Assembly (NCBI RefSeq): GCF_006345805.1
Contig: NC_043014.1
Span: forward strand, 43,028,001 to 43,092,000
Direction: 5' to 3'
DNA: 64,000 nt
Source: Octopus sinensis
Lineage: Eukaryota
Part shown: positions 52,800-64,000 of the stretch, piece after piece
How the letters are laid out: every line of letters begins with the position of its first letter
Numbering within the stretch: the first letter of the stretch is position 1
Translations under genes and position numbers: made by a program
The notes under the pieces: generated by a model
Told to the model about the DNA's origin: nothing
The model's database searches: none
Seen by the model: only the letters and a program-made list of their open reading frames with translations

Positions 52800-54407
52800 A
52801 TCATCATCATCATCATCTCATTTAGCGTCCGTTTTCCATGCTAGCATGGTTGGACGGTTCAACTGGGGTCTGGGGAGCCCGAAGGCTGCACCAGGCCAGT
52901 CAGATCTGGCAGTGTTTCTACAGCTGGATGCCCTTCCTAACGCCAACCACTCCGAGAGTGTAGTGGGTGATTTTATGTGCCACCGACACAGGTGCCAGAC
53001 GAGGCTGGCGAACGGCCACGCTCGGATGGTGTTTTTATGTGCCACCGACACAGGTGCCAGACGAGGCTGGCAGACGGCCACGCTCGGATGGTGTTTTTAT
53101 GTGCCACCGACACAGGTCAGATGAGGCTGGCGGACGGCCACGATCGGATGGTGTTTGTTACGTCCCAAAGCACGCAGGCCAGTCTATGCGGTACTGGCTA
53201 CGGCCACGTTCGGATGATTTTCTTGTGTGCCACCGGCACTGGTACCACAAGATACAAATTCCATTTATGTTCATCTATTTTGATTTGTTTTGATTTGATT
53301 TGATTTGATTTGATTTTCACTTGCCTCAACAGGTCTTCACAAGTGTCACAAGAAGGAAGTATGCATAGGTGGACTGTTACGTCGCGGGTCTTCGGATGGG
53401 GTCTTTATGTGCCACCGACACAGGGCCAGATGTGGCTGGCGAACGGCCACGATCGGATGGTTTTCTTGTGTGGCCACCGGTACTGGAACCACAAAGATAC
53501 AAATTCCATTGATGTCATCTATTTTGATTTGGTTTGATTTCACTTGCCTCAACAGGTCTTCACAAGTGTCACGCGTGTCACACACTTGCCTCAACAGGTC
53601 TCCACAAGTGTCACACACTTGCCTCTGCCTCAACAGGTCTTCACAAGTGTCACACACTTGCCTCTGCCTCAACAGGTCTTCAAAGTGTCATAAGAGGAAG
53701 GTATGCACAGGTGGACTGACTACGTCGCCGGGTCTTTGGATGGTGTTTTTATGTGCCACCGACACAGGTGCCAGGTGAGGCTGGCGAACGGCCACGATCA
53801 GATGGTGTTTGTTGTGCCCACAGCATGGAGGCCAGTCGACGGCCACGTTCGGATGGTTTTCTTGTGTGCCACCGGTACTGGAACCACAAAGATACAAATT
53901 CCATTGATATTCATCTATTTTGATTTGGTTTGATTTCACTTGCCTCAACAGGTCTTCACAAGGGTCACACACTTGCCTCAACAGGTCTCCACAAGTGTCA
54001 CACACTTGCCTCTGCCTCAACAGGTCTTCACAAGTGTCACACACTTGCCTCAACAGTCTTCACAAGTGTCATAAGAGGGAAGGTATGCACAGGTGGACTG
54101 ACTACGTCGCCGGGTCTTCGGATGGTGTCTTTATGTGCCACCGGCACAGGTGCAAGATGAGGCTGGCGAACGGCCACGATCGGATGGTGTGTGTGTGCCC
54201 ACAGCACGGAGGCCAGTCGATGCGGTTACTGGTTACGGCCACGTTTGGGTGGTTTTCTTGTGTGCCACCGGCACTGGTACCACAAAGAATACATTCCACT
54301 GATGTTCATCTATTTTGATTGTTTTGATTTGATTTGATTTTCTGCCTCAACGGGTCTTCATAAGTGTCACAAGAAGGAAGGTATGCACAGGACTGACTAC
54401 GTCCCCG

Positions 54408-54410
<3 letters not shown>
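52800..54410 (-). mobile_element. RTE 3'UTR-derived element with expanded nested internal repeats
   Basis: (CAT)n tail plus the standard UTR end at 52800-52980, then about four 350-370 bp modules containing ~62-bp and ~30-bp subrepeats. Confidence 0.75.
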
Positions 54411-54441
<31 letters not shown>

Positions 54442-54724
54442 GATACATATTTATGATGAGGATAATGATGGTCATGATGATGGTGGTGATGATGACAATG
54501 ATCATGATGTTGAAGATGATGATGATGAGGAGGAGGAGAGGGGGAGGAAGAGGGGAGAAGGAGGAGGAGGAAGAGGAGGATAACGACAGTGATAATGAGG
54601 ATAGCAGTGACAATTTGCACTGGTGACAAGAACTATGAAAATGAAGATGACGATGATGATGATGATGATGATGATGATGACGATGTTGATGACGATGACG
54701 ATGATGATGATGATTATGCATACA

Positions 54725-54770
<46 letters not shown>

Positions 54771-54841
54771 TATATATATGTATGCATGCATATATACATA
54801 TATGTAATTGTACATATATGTGTATATATGTACATATATAT

Positions 54842-54896
<55 letters not shown>

Positions 54897-54912
54897 GTAA
54901 TTGTACATATAC

Positions 54913-54947
<35 letters not shown>

Positions 54948-54948
54948 G

Positions 54949-54980
<32 letters not shown>

Positions 54981-55050
54981 TGTTATATACATATATGTAA
55001 TTGTACATATACGTATATATATCTATATATATATAATATATATTATATAT

Positions 55051-55081
<31 letters not shown>

Positions 55082-55339
55082 TGTATATATGTATATGTAA
55101 TATATATGTATGTGTATGTATGTATGTATATATATATGTATGCATGCTGTTCGAGCCTACACATGAATACAGCATATATTTTCGCTGGTATCTGCAGAGT
55201 CAGTCAGTAATGAACAACAATGGACAACATGGAGAAACTTGCATTGCTGTAAATTGATAATTATAGTTCTGTGTCTCATTACTTTAATACTATTAGTTTA
55301 TTGTACCTTAACAAAGACTCACCGATATCATTATCACCG

Positions 55340-55542
55340 GCATGACTGCTACTGCTGCCGCCACTGCTGCTGCTGCTCACACCACCACCACCATCTTTGC
55401 CATCAATATCAGTAACAGCACCAGCACCTCCATTGCTATCAGCATCATCATCATCATCGTCGTCTTCACCATCATCATCATCATCATCATCATCATCATT
55501 ATCATCATCATCATTGCTGTCATCGTTATCATCATCATCGTT

Positions 55543-55588
<46 letters not shown>

Positions 55589-55589
55589 G

Positions 55590-55622
<33 letters not shown>

Positions 55623-55814
55623 TATCATCATCATCATTGCTGTCATCGTTACCATCATCATCGTTATCATCATCATCATCATCATCATCAGCATCATCAT
55701 CATCATCATCATCATCATCATTATCATCATCATCATTGCTGTCATCGTCATCATCAGCATCATCATCATCATTATCATCATCATCATTGCTGTCATCGTT
55801 ATCATCATCATCGT

Positions 55815-55846
<32 letters not shown>

Positions 55847-55915
55847 TATCATCATCATCATTGCTGTCATCGTTACCATCATCATCGTTATCATCATCAT
55901 CATCATCATCATCAG

Positions 55916-55948
<33 letters not shown>

Positions 55949-56017
55949 TATCATCATCATCATTGCTGTCATCGTTACCATCATCATCGTTATCATCATC
56001 ATCATCATCATCATCAG

Positions 56018-56050
<33 letters not shown>

Positions 56051-56542
56051 TATCATCATCATCATTGCTGTCATCGTCATCATCAGCATCATCATCATCA
56101 TTATCATCATCATCATTGCTGTCATCGTCATCATCCTTGTCACCAGCGCAACTGTCACTGCCATCATCCTCATCATCATTATCATCAGCATCAATGCCAC
56201 CACCACCACTACCACCACCGCCATAATGATGATGATGATGATGATGATGATGCTCATCATCATCATCGTCACCATTGTTGTCATCATCGTTGTTGTCGTC
56301 GTCGTCGTTGTCATCCTCCTCCCCCGCATCATCATCTTCAACAACATGATCATCATCATCAGCATTGTCATCATCACGATCAACGCCATCATCATTGTCA
56401 TCATTATCATCATCATCCTCCTCTTCATCATCATCAACATCATCATCAACATCATCATTCCTATCATCAGTGCAATTGTCACAGCTATCATCATCATCAT
56501 CATCAACATCATATCTATTACTGTCTACATCTCTATCATCAT

Positions 56543-56573
<31 letters not shown>

Positions 56574-56853
56574 AGCAGCACTACCACCACCACCACCACC
56601 ACTGTCACTACATAATTATCATGATTATTCCTGCTGCAACTTCTCCGTTCACGCCCCATCCCCCACCCCCACTACCATCACCACCACCACCACCACCACC
56701 ATCACCACCTAAAGCTCTCCCCACCACTTCCCATCGCTGCCACCGGTCCCCCATTACCATCATCTAATTATCATTATTATGATCACCGTCACCACTAACA
56801 ACGGAGCTACCACCATTATCTGTACCAAATAATCACCTTCATTATCACCAATA

Positions 56854-56900
<47 letters not shown>

Positions 56901-59220
56901 TCTTCTTCTTCTTCTTCTTCTACTACTACTACTACCACTTCTACCCCCACCACCACCTCTACTACTACTACTACTACTACTACTATACAACAACAGCTAC
57001 AACCACATCACTTCTACCTCCACCACCACCACCAAAACCACCACCACTACCACCTCCACTGCCACCACTTCTATTACTACTACTACAACTACTACTACTA
57101 CTACTACTACCTACTACTACTACTATTGCTACTACTCTACAACAGCTACAACCGCCATGACCACCACCACCACTACCACTATGATTACTACTACATCACC
57201 TCCACCATGACCACCACGATCATGATGACAACAATCACAACCACCACCACATCCACTACCACCACCACCAATACTACTACTGTCTTCATTATCATGAAAG
57301 CTGTCATTATTAACACTGCTACACCATTTTAACCATCACCTTCAACACACGATCATTTCCATCGTCGTCGCCACTGCCGCCTCCTCTACCAGTGCTACTA
57401 TCATCATCTTCATTGCTGTCATCATCATCGTCATCATCATCATCTTTGTCGTCATCATCATTCATCATTGCTGTCATAATTATCATCGTTGTCTGTCGTC
57501 AATAATCATCATTGTCAATGCCACCACCACCATCATCATCATCATCATCGTTATCATCATCATTATCATTGCCATTGTCACCATTGTCATGATCATCTGT
57601 TACCATTTCCATAATCAGCATCATTATTATCATTGTCATCATCATCATCGTCATCATCATCATCATCTTCTTCATCACCATCATCGTCATCATCACCATC
57701 ATCATCATCATCATTGTCATTGTTATCATGGTCGTGATCATCATCGCCATCATCGTCATCATCATCATCATCGTTGTCATTGTTATCATGATCATCATCA
57801 CCATCATCATTATAATCATCGTCATAGTCATAATCATCATCATAGTCATAATCATCATCATCATCATCACCACCACAACCACCATCATCATCATCATCAT
57901 CATTATCACCATCATCGTCATCTCATCATCATCATCATCGTTGTCATTGTTATCATGATCATCATCACCATCATCATTATAATCATCATCATAGTCATAA
58001 TCATCATCATCATCATCATCATTATCACCACCACCATCATCATCATCATCACCACCACCATCATCATCATCCCCATCACCACCACCACCACACCTCATCT
58101 TCATCATCATCATCATCACCACCACCATCATCATCATCCTCATCATCATCGTTGTCATAGTTATCATGATCACGATCATCATCGCCATCATCGTCTTCAC
58201 CATCCTCTTCTTCATCATCATCATTATCATCTTTGTCGCCGTTGTCGTGATCACCATCATTGTCGTCGTTGTCCCCATCCATCAATCTCATCATCATCAT
58301 CACCATCATCATCATCGTCGTCGTCATCATCATCAATCATCATCACTATTACCACCACAAACACCATCACTAACATCATCACTCTCACCATCCCCACTAC
58401 TTGCCCTCGTTATTGTCCTCATCCTCATTAACATAATTGTCGTGCTCATCTGTGTCATTAGTCTCATCAGCATTATTATAATTATCATAATTATCAGCAA
58501 CAGCATCATTAACAACATTACTGACAGCAACTGACAAAAACGAGTGAAGGAGCCTCCTTGGGTGGCTTGAAACCATAGTCAAATCACCCTCAATTTCCCC
58601 TTTGTAATCTTTCATACACACACACACACACAAAAAGGCACATTGCATAATGTAATCCTAGATACATTGTGCTTTGATAAAAAATGGGATGGACAATAGT
58701 GGAGTGCTTTTGATCACAGGTCTATTTAATGAGCTTTGCCTTTAAGGGTTAAAAACATCATTATCATCATCATCATCTTCATCATCATAAACACCGTCTT
58801 CATTATCAACATTATCATCATCTACTTCATCATCATCATCATCATTGTTGTTGTCATTGTCATCATCGTTGTCATCGTCGTCGTCATCATCATCTTCATC
58901 ATCATCTTCAACACCATCATCATCATCATCATTATCGTCGTCATGTCATCGTCGTCCTCCTCATCATCATCTTCATCCTCAACGCAATCATCATTGTCGT
59001 CATCACCATTGTAATTGCTGACATCATCATCGTCATCGTCATCATCATCATCAACACCGTCATCTTCATTATCATTTTCATTGTTGTTGCTTTTATCATC
59101 ATCATCATCATCATTATCACCACCATCATCATTATCATCATCATCATCACCATCATTTTCTCCATTAACACTTTCATAGCCATCATCATCATCATCATCA
59201 TCATTGCCATCATTATTGAC
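55340..59220. repeat. ~3.9-kb degenerate (CAT)n/(CAC)n/(CTA)n trinucleotide tract with ~120-bp higher-order units
   Basis: Direct reading; ATTGCTGTCATCGTTACCATC... recurs in 55500-56130. Confidence 0.95.
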
Positions 59221-60413
59221 ATAGCGGGTTGACAAAGGAACAGTGATGATGCAAGGCAGAGAAAGCAGTTTAAGTTTTGCTGAGGACATGTCAACCCTTC
59301 TAATGCTGGTGCCACAATAAAATGCACCCACCACTCTCTGTGCAATAGTTGCTGTTCAGAAGGGCATCAAGCCATTGAAACCATGTGGATGCATTTAATG
59401 TTGTCCTTGCATTTATAAGTGTAGAAAGAAATAACCACAAGGTAAGACAAAAACACATTAAGCTCAATGATTTTTTTTTCTAAGTTCAACAAGGCAAACA
59501 AATCTGTCTATAATCACGATTGTTATCTTCGTCATCATGATCATTATCATTATCATCATCTTTGTCATCATTCCTGTCACCATCGCCGTCATCATCACCA
59601 CCACCATCACCACTACCACCACCACCACCACCACCACCACCACCACCACCACCACCACCATTACTCTCTCCATCTTTATCGTTAGTTCCATCACAACATA
59701 GTTCTCATTATTATTCCTACAACAATTTCTTCCAGTATGCATGTATGCATGTAGGCATACTTACACAACTGATTTATAAAAACATACAAGTTACACACAT
59801 ACGCACACATATATACACACATGCATAAATACACACAAACACACACACACACATATATATATATATCCACACACAGATGAACACACCACACTTACACACA
59901 CATAAAGATACATATATGTATATATATATACATACATACATACCCCATGCTAGCATGGAGAACGGACGTTAAACGACGATGATATATATATATATATATA
60001 CAGATATAGGGTGAAATATAATTAATTTAATAAAATCAACAAATTTCACCTAGTAGTATTTCAGTATGGAAAAGAACCATATTCAGTAAAAATTTATATA
60101 ATTATAATAGTAAAAGGAAATAGTAGCCCTTTGGCTGCTATTTCTAATATTTTCGGTATGTGGTTTAAGCAACTTGTTGCAAAAAACCCTTATTATTATA
60201 AATATATATATATATATCCATACACATACACACACTCACAGATACATACACTTTCTAAGAAGTCCTCGGAATTTTTCTGGCAATCTCATTATCGGAACTT
60301 TCCAGGAAGTCTCTCATCCTCGGAACTTTCCAAGCTTGAAACTTTGGTTGCTTTTTGGGACACTCTGTATATCATCATCATTTAATGTCCACCTTCCATG
60401 CTGGCATGGATTG

Positions 60414-60452
<39 letters not shown>

Positions 60453-60649
60453 GCCATGATAGATAGCTAGCCACTTCACATTCTTTATTTTGTCTCCTTG
60501 TTTCTTTCTGTGTTCCTTTCCGTGAAAGTGTGTAGGTTTGAAACGTTAAAGACTTTTTTACTTCGTTTCTTGTTTTTTTGTGAATTCTCCCTATATGTGT
60601 ATATATATAATATATATATTATATATATATATATATATGTATATATATA

Positions 60650-60880
60650 CAACTTATAAATAAGGACAAAGGAAAAAATTTCAAATGCCAAATATGCCGA
60701 AAATTGGACATATTGTCCATTACCATATAATTTTTCACAATATGCACGCTACTCGAAAATGCATGCTTTCGAGTAGCGTGCATATTGAGAAAAATTATAT
60801 GGTAATGGACAATATGTCCAATTTTCGGCATATTTGGCATTAGAAATTTTTTCGTTTGCCCTTATTTATAAGTTGTTTAT
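60650..60880. repeat. Near-perfect ~230-bp palindrome next to (TA)n
   Basis: ACAACTTATAAATAAGG...GCTACTCGAAA ATGCATGC TTTCGAGTAGC...CCTTATTTATAAGTTGT. Confidence 0.9.
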
Positions 60881-60957
60881 AATTTTAACCTTTAAAGGTA
60901 TTTTTTAATATGCTAGCCATTGATAAAATTTTTTTTCGAAAAAATGTTATCCTACAT

Positions 60958-61002
<45 letters not shown>

Positions 61003-61155
61003 AGTTGAGGTGTGTTCTGTCAAGAACATATAAGAGTACAAATAGAGCACGTTCACCCTTAGAATTCCCAAATAGCCAGCAGTATTCTTATGGTATGCTA
61101 CCAATTCTAGTCATAGGTATTCCTCGTGTGTGAAAATAAAAACTTTTTACTTTGT

Positions 61156-61198
<43 letters not shown>

Positions 61199-61329
61199 TT
61201 AATTCAAATCTTAGGGTAGCAAGGATATTCATAGAAAAATTCTTAGTTACCAGTGGTCTAGCAAGAAAGAAAAAATTAGTCAATAGACTATATATTATTC
61301 AGAGAAGAATACAGTGTACGTTCAAACAC

Positions 61330-61688
61330 AAAAGAGATACCCGAAGAATAGGATATCTGACTCACTAGAAAGAGCAGTTAAAACTCCAAGCCACCAATTG
61401 TTGTAATTCCAAAAGTGATTGGAAAATAAAAACTTTTAGCTTAATCCTAGGCCTGCAAGGTTTCTGCAGACTTAAATACAGATTGAAAAAAAATAATTTC
61501 AGTCTATATCTGGCGCTGCTTCTTCAGTAGGTTGCCAGGATCGAACATATAGGCACAGAGCGATAAATAACCCGCCACGTGTCTATAGGTTCTAATTTTT
61601 TTAATCTACTGTGCAGAAGCGGAAACTCAACCAGCACTAAAAAAAATAAATTGCGAGTCAGATATCCTATTCTTCTGGTATCTCTTTT
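61330..61688. mobile_element. MITE-like element with 36-bp terminal inverted repeats
   Basis: AAAAGAGATACCCGAAGAATAGGATATCTGACTCAC (61330-61365) versus its near-perfect reverse complement at 61653-61688. Confidence 0.6.
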
Positions 61689-61697
61689 ATATATATA

Positions 61698-62040
61698 AAG
61701 GCGCATGGCTCAGTGGTTAGAGCGTCGAGCTTGCGATCGTGAGGTTGTGAGCTCGAATCCCGGACCGGGCTGCGTGTTGTGTTCTTGAGCAAGGCACTTT
61801 ATTTCACGTTGCTCCAGTTCACTCAGCTGTAGAAATGAGTTGCGACGTCACTGGTGCCAAGCTGTATCGACCTTTGTCTTTCCCTTGGATAACACTGGTG
61901 GCATGGAGAGGGGAGGCTGGTATGCATGGGCGACTGCTGGTCTTCGATAAACAGCCATGCCCGGACTTGTGTCTAGGAGGGTAACTTTCTAGGTGCAATC
62001 CCATGGTCGTTCATGACCGAAGGGGGGGGGGGTCTTTACT
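61698..62040 (+). mobile_element. tRNA-derived SINE family E, full length
   Basis: TGGCTCAGTGG A box and GCTCGAATCC B box, followed by GTGTTGTGTTCTTGAGCAAGGCACTT...CAGCTGTAGAAATGAG. Confidence 0.8.
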
Positions 62041-62074
62041 TACTTTATATATATATATATGATGTTGTAAAGTT

Positions 62075-62245
62075 TGGCACGAGGCCAGCAATTTAAGGGG
62101 GTTAGTCAGTTTCATCAGCCCCCATTGTTCAACTTGTACTTATTTTATCGACCCCCAAAAATGAAAGGCAAAATCGACCTTGGCAGAGTTTGAACTTAGA
62201 ATGTGAAAAAAGGACAAAATATGCCCAAAGTGTTAACAATTCTAC
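62075..62245 (-). mobile_element. SINE family B-like fragment
   Basis: TACTTATTTTATCGACCCCCAAAAATGAAAGGCAAAATCGACCTTGGC. Confidence 0.55.
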
Positions 62246-63212
62246 CCACTCATTATACCTCTATACATATATTAAACACTGTAAACGTTTAACATTTATG
62301 AAGATTTTAATTAAAAAGAGAAAGAAAGATGTACCCTTTAACTATTTCTCTACTTCACCAGGGAATGATTTTAACTCCGCTCTAAGTGATTTTGACATGT
62401 GTTGCCTCTACTGTTCATTACAAACCAATAGAGTTAAATTGTTAAACCTTTCACTTGTTCCTTCCATATTAAATATGTAGGATGTTCTGTATTGATTGAA
62501 GAGAATTTAATTAAACTTTCTACAGACTCATGTATCTATATGCCTGTTTGTTGTTATGAATGTGTATGCTGCATGTCTGTTGCGCATGTGTACAAGTGTG
62601 CGCATCTTTGCTATGTATGCGTCCTTCAGACACAGCTATCTTCAATGAAGCATAGACTCCGCTATATTCACCAAAGAAGAGATGAGAGAATCACTAAGTA
62701 GATGTAAAAAGGTTGTAACAGGAGTAGGTGTGAAATATTAGCATATTTAAAAACATTAACCATTGAGATTTATTACCCATGGTAGCCATCTGCAGAGAAA
62801 AACAACAGTCACATTAGTATTGATGTATTTAATACAGTGACCATCAAAAATCTAATCAGAAATTTATTTATAATTAAATTTTCTTTCTTTGGTGGTGTCT
62901 GACAATATTTTCCTAGTTCTCTGTCTTTTCTAACACGTTATCTTTGGTTTTTCTATTCTGTCCATAATATTCTCAAAAGTTTTCAGTAGATACAGACAAA
63001 GCTTAAGGCGCAAACAGGGCTCAGTATAAAGGAATAAGGTTAATTCCTATAAATGGGTTTAATATAATAAATAGATAGAAAATTAATAACCTTATCTGTA
63101 AATTTTATTCGTTAGTTATCCAGTGAAGTCATCAACAATTGTATATAGCATTAATTACAAAGATTTTTCAATTATTATAATAAAGTTAATTCCTATAAAA
63201 GCGTTTGATATA

Positions 63213-63459
63213 CAGGGTGTTCAAAAAGTTTTTCCGCAGTAAGTATTTTTTTTTGCAAATAAATATTTATAAGGTGATGTAGGAAGTATATGCTGTAGCT
63301 CCATCTTGCTGAAAGTATGCATTATTACTTTCCCTTTCAGTGATTTGGCCTACAAATGGATGGACAATATTTGAGCAATATCTCTCAGTGTTGATGGTGT
63401 CTTCAAAAAAATGTACAGGATGAAAAACTTCACTGCCGAGGGACTTTTTGAACGCCTTA
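63213..63459. mobile_element. Tc1/mariner-type MITE
   Basis: TA-CAGGGTGTTCAAAAAG...CTTTTTGAACGCCTTA-TA: imperfect TIRs and TA flanks. Confidence 0.75.
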
Positions 63460-63484
63460 TATTAAATGAATAGGTAATTAATTA

Positions 63485-63506
63485 TCCATACATATAAAGC
63501 TGAAGC

Positions 63507-63545
<39 letters not shown>

Positions 63546-63944
63546 CAGGTTTGGTAGCCTTCAACTAACACTATCTCCTCCGAGACCCTGTGGCACAAGT
63601 TGACCAAAATTGAGAGTATGATAGAAGGCTTGCTCTTCATTCCATAGAAGAAAAAAATTCAAATCGGACCATGTTAAGATCAAAAATTATTTACATAAAA
63701 AAGGTGCTTTTTTTCTATGAAAATCCCTATTTTTTACGATTTTTTGACTGCTGTGTCACCATTTTACGGTGCATTTCAACCAGAAAAATGTTTACTTGAA
63801 GAGAATAATAAGCTACATAATGCAAAATTTTTACTTTTCAAAAAAGATTGAAACTATGTCAAAACTTTGTTAATGTGACATCAAAGTCTGCTGTTTTAAG
63901 CGCTACTAAAAACAAACCTGAGCAACGCTGGGCTATACTGCTAG
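63485..63944 (+). mobile_element. Complete non-autonomous Helitron (460 bp)
   Basis: A|TC 5' start (TCCATACATATAAAGCTGAAGCTGTC(TG)n). Subterminal hairpin remnant CCTGAGCAACGCTGGG. CTAG|T 3' end at 63941-63945. Confidence 0.85.
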
Positions 63945-64000
63945 TTAAGCTGTAAAGGATCAAAGTTTCTATTAATTATAACATTCATTCCAATAGTTTT

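Noticed and set aside
52753-54318. Multiple overlapping Cys/His-rich ORFs of 100-130 aa
   Set aside because: They arise from GC-rich RTE 3'UTR repeats, are open in many frames, and show no consistent domain.
54347-59345. Long ORFs up to 456 aa (e.g. 55397-56767)
   Set aside because: Entirely low-complexity microsatellite translation.
60240-60368. Possible mariner end (CTTTTTGGGACACTCTG-TA)
   Set aside because: No matching left inverted repeat found, and too short to call.
60650-60880. Hammerhead in the 230-bp palindrome and in 47110-47315
   Set aside because: A GAAA plus hairpin is present, but no convincing CUGANGA core or stem I.
61698-61775. tRNA-like sequence with A and B boxes (similar at 44840-44906, 3150-3216, 35170-35240)
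   Set aside because: No closed acceptor stem, and each continues into a SINE body, so these are SINE heads rather than tRNA genes.

Overview
AT-rich, repeat-saturated animal genomic DNA. The repeat repertoire (huge (TA)n/(CAT)n/(GATA)n tracts, several tRNA-derived SINE families, RTE LINE 3' ends) looks like a coleoid cephalopod, probably octopus; this is inference. I found no intact host protein-coding gene, RNA gene or CRISPR array. Nearly all ORFs in the supplied track are artefacts of stop-free microsatellites. Supported features: a young 5'-truncated R4/Dong-type non-LTR retrotransposon (37509-39251, intact RT C-terminus/CCHC/restriction-like endonuclease) with two shorter relatives, all inside (TAA)n tracts; an internally deleted Helitron with a decayed PIF1-like helicase (27455-29495) and a complete non-autonomous Helitron (63485-63944); RTE, RTE-BovB-like and CR1/Jockey-like LINE ends; mariner and piggyBac-type MITEs; many SINEs; several minisatellites. 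The most interesting observation is that several short fold-back elements embedded in (TA)n fold by eye into minimal type I hammerhead ribozymes with palindromic stem III. These include a near-canonical one at 24657-24714 (-) and a tandem array of six 57-bp units carrying a G3:C8 core variant at 14218-14558 (-). They resemble Penelope-like element termini or retrozymes. All folds and translations were done by hand and need computational confirmation.
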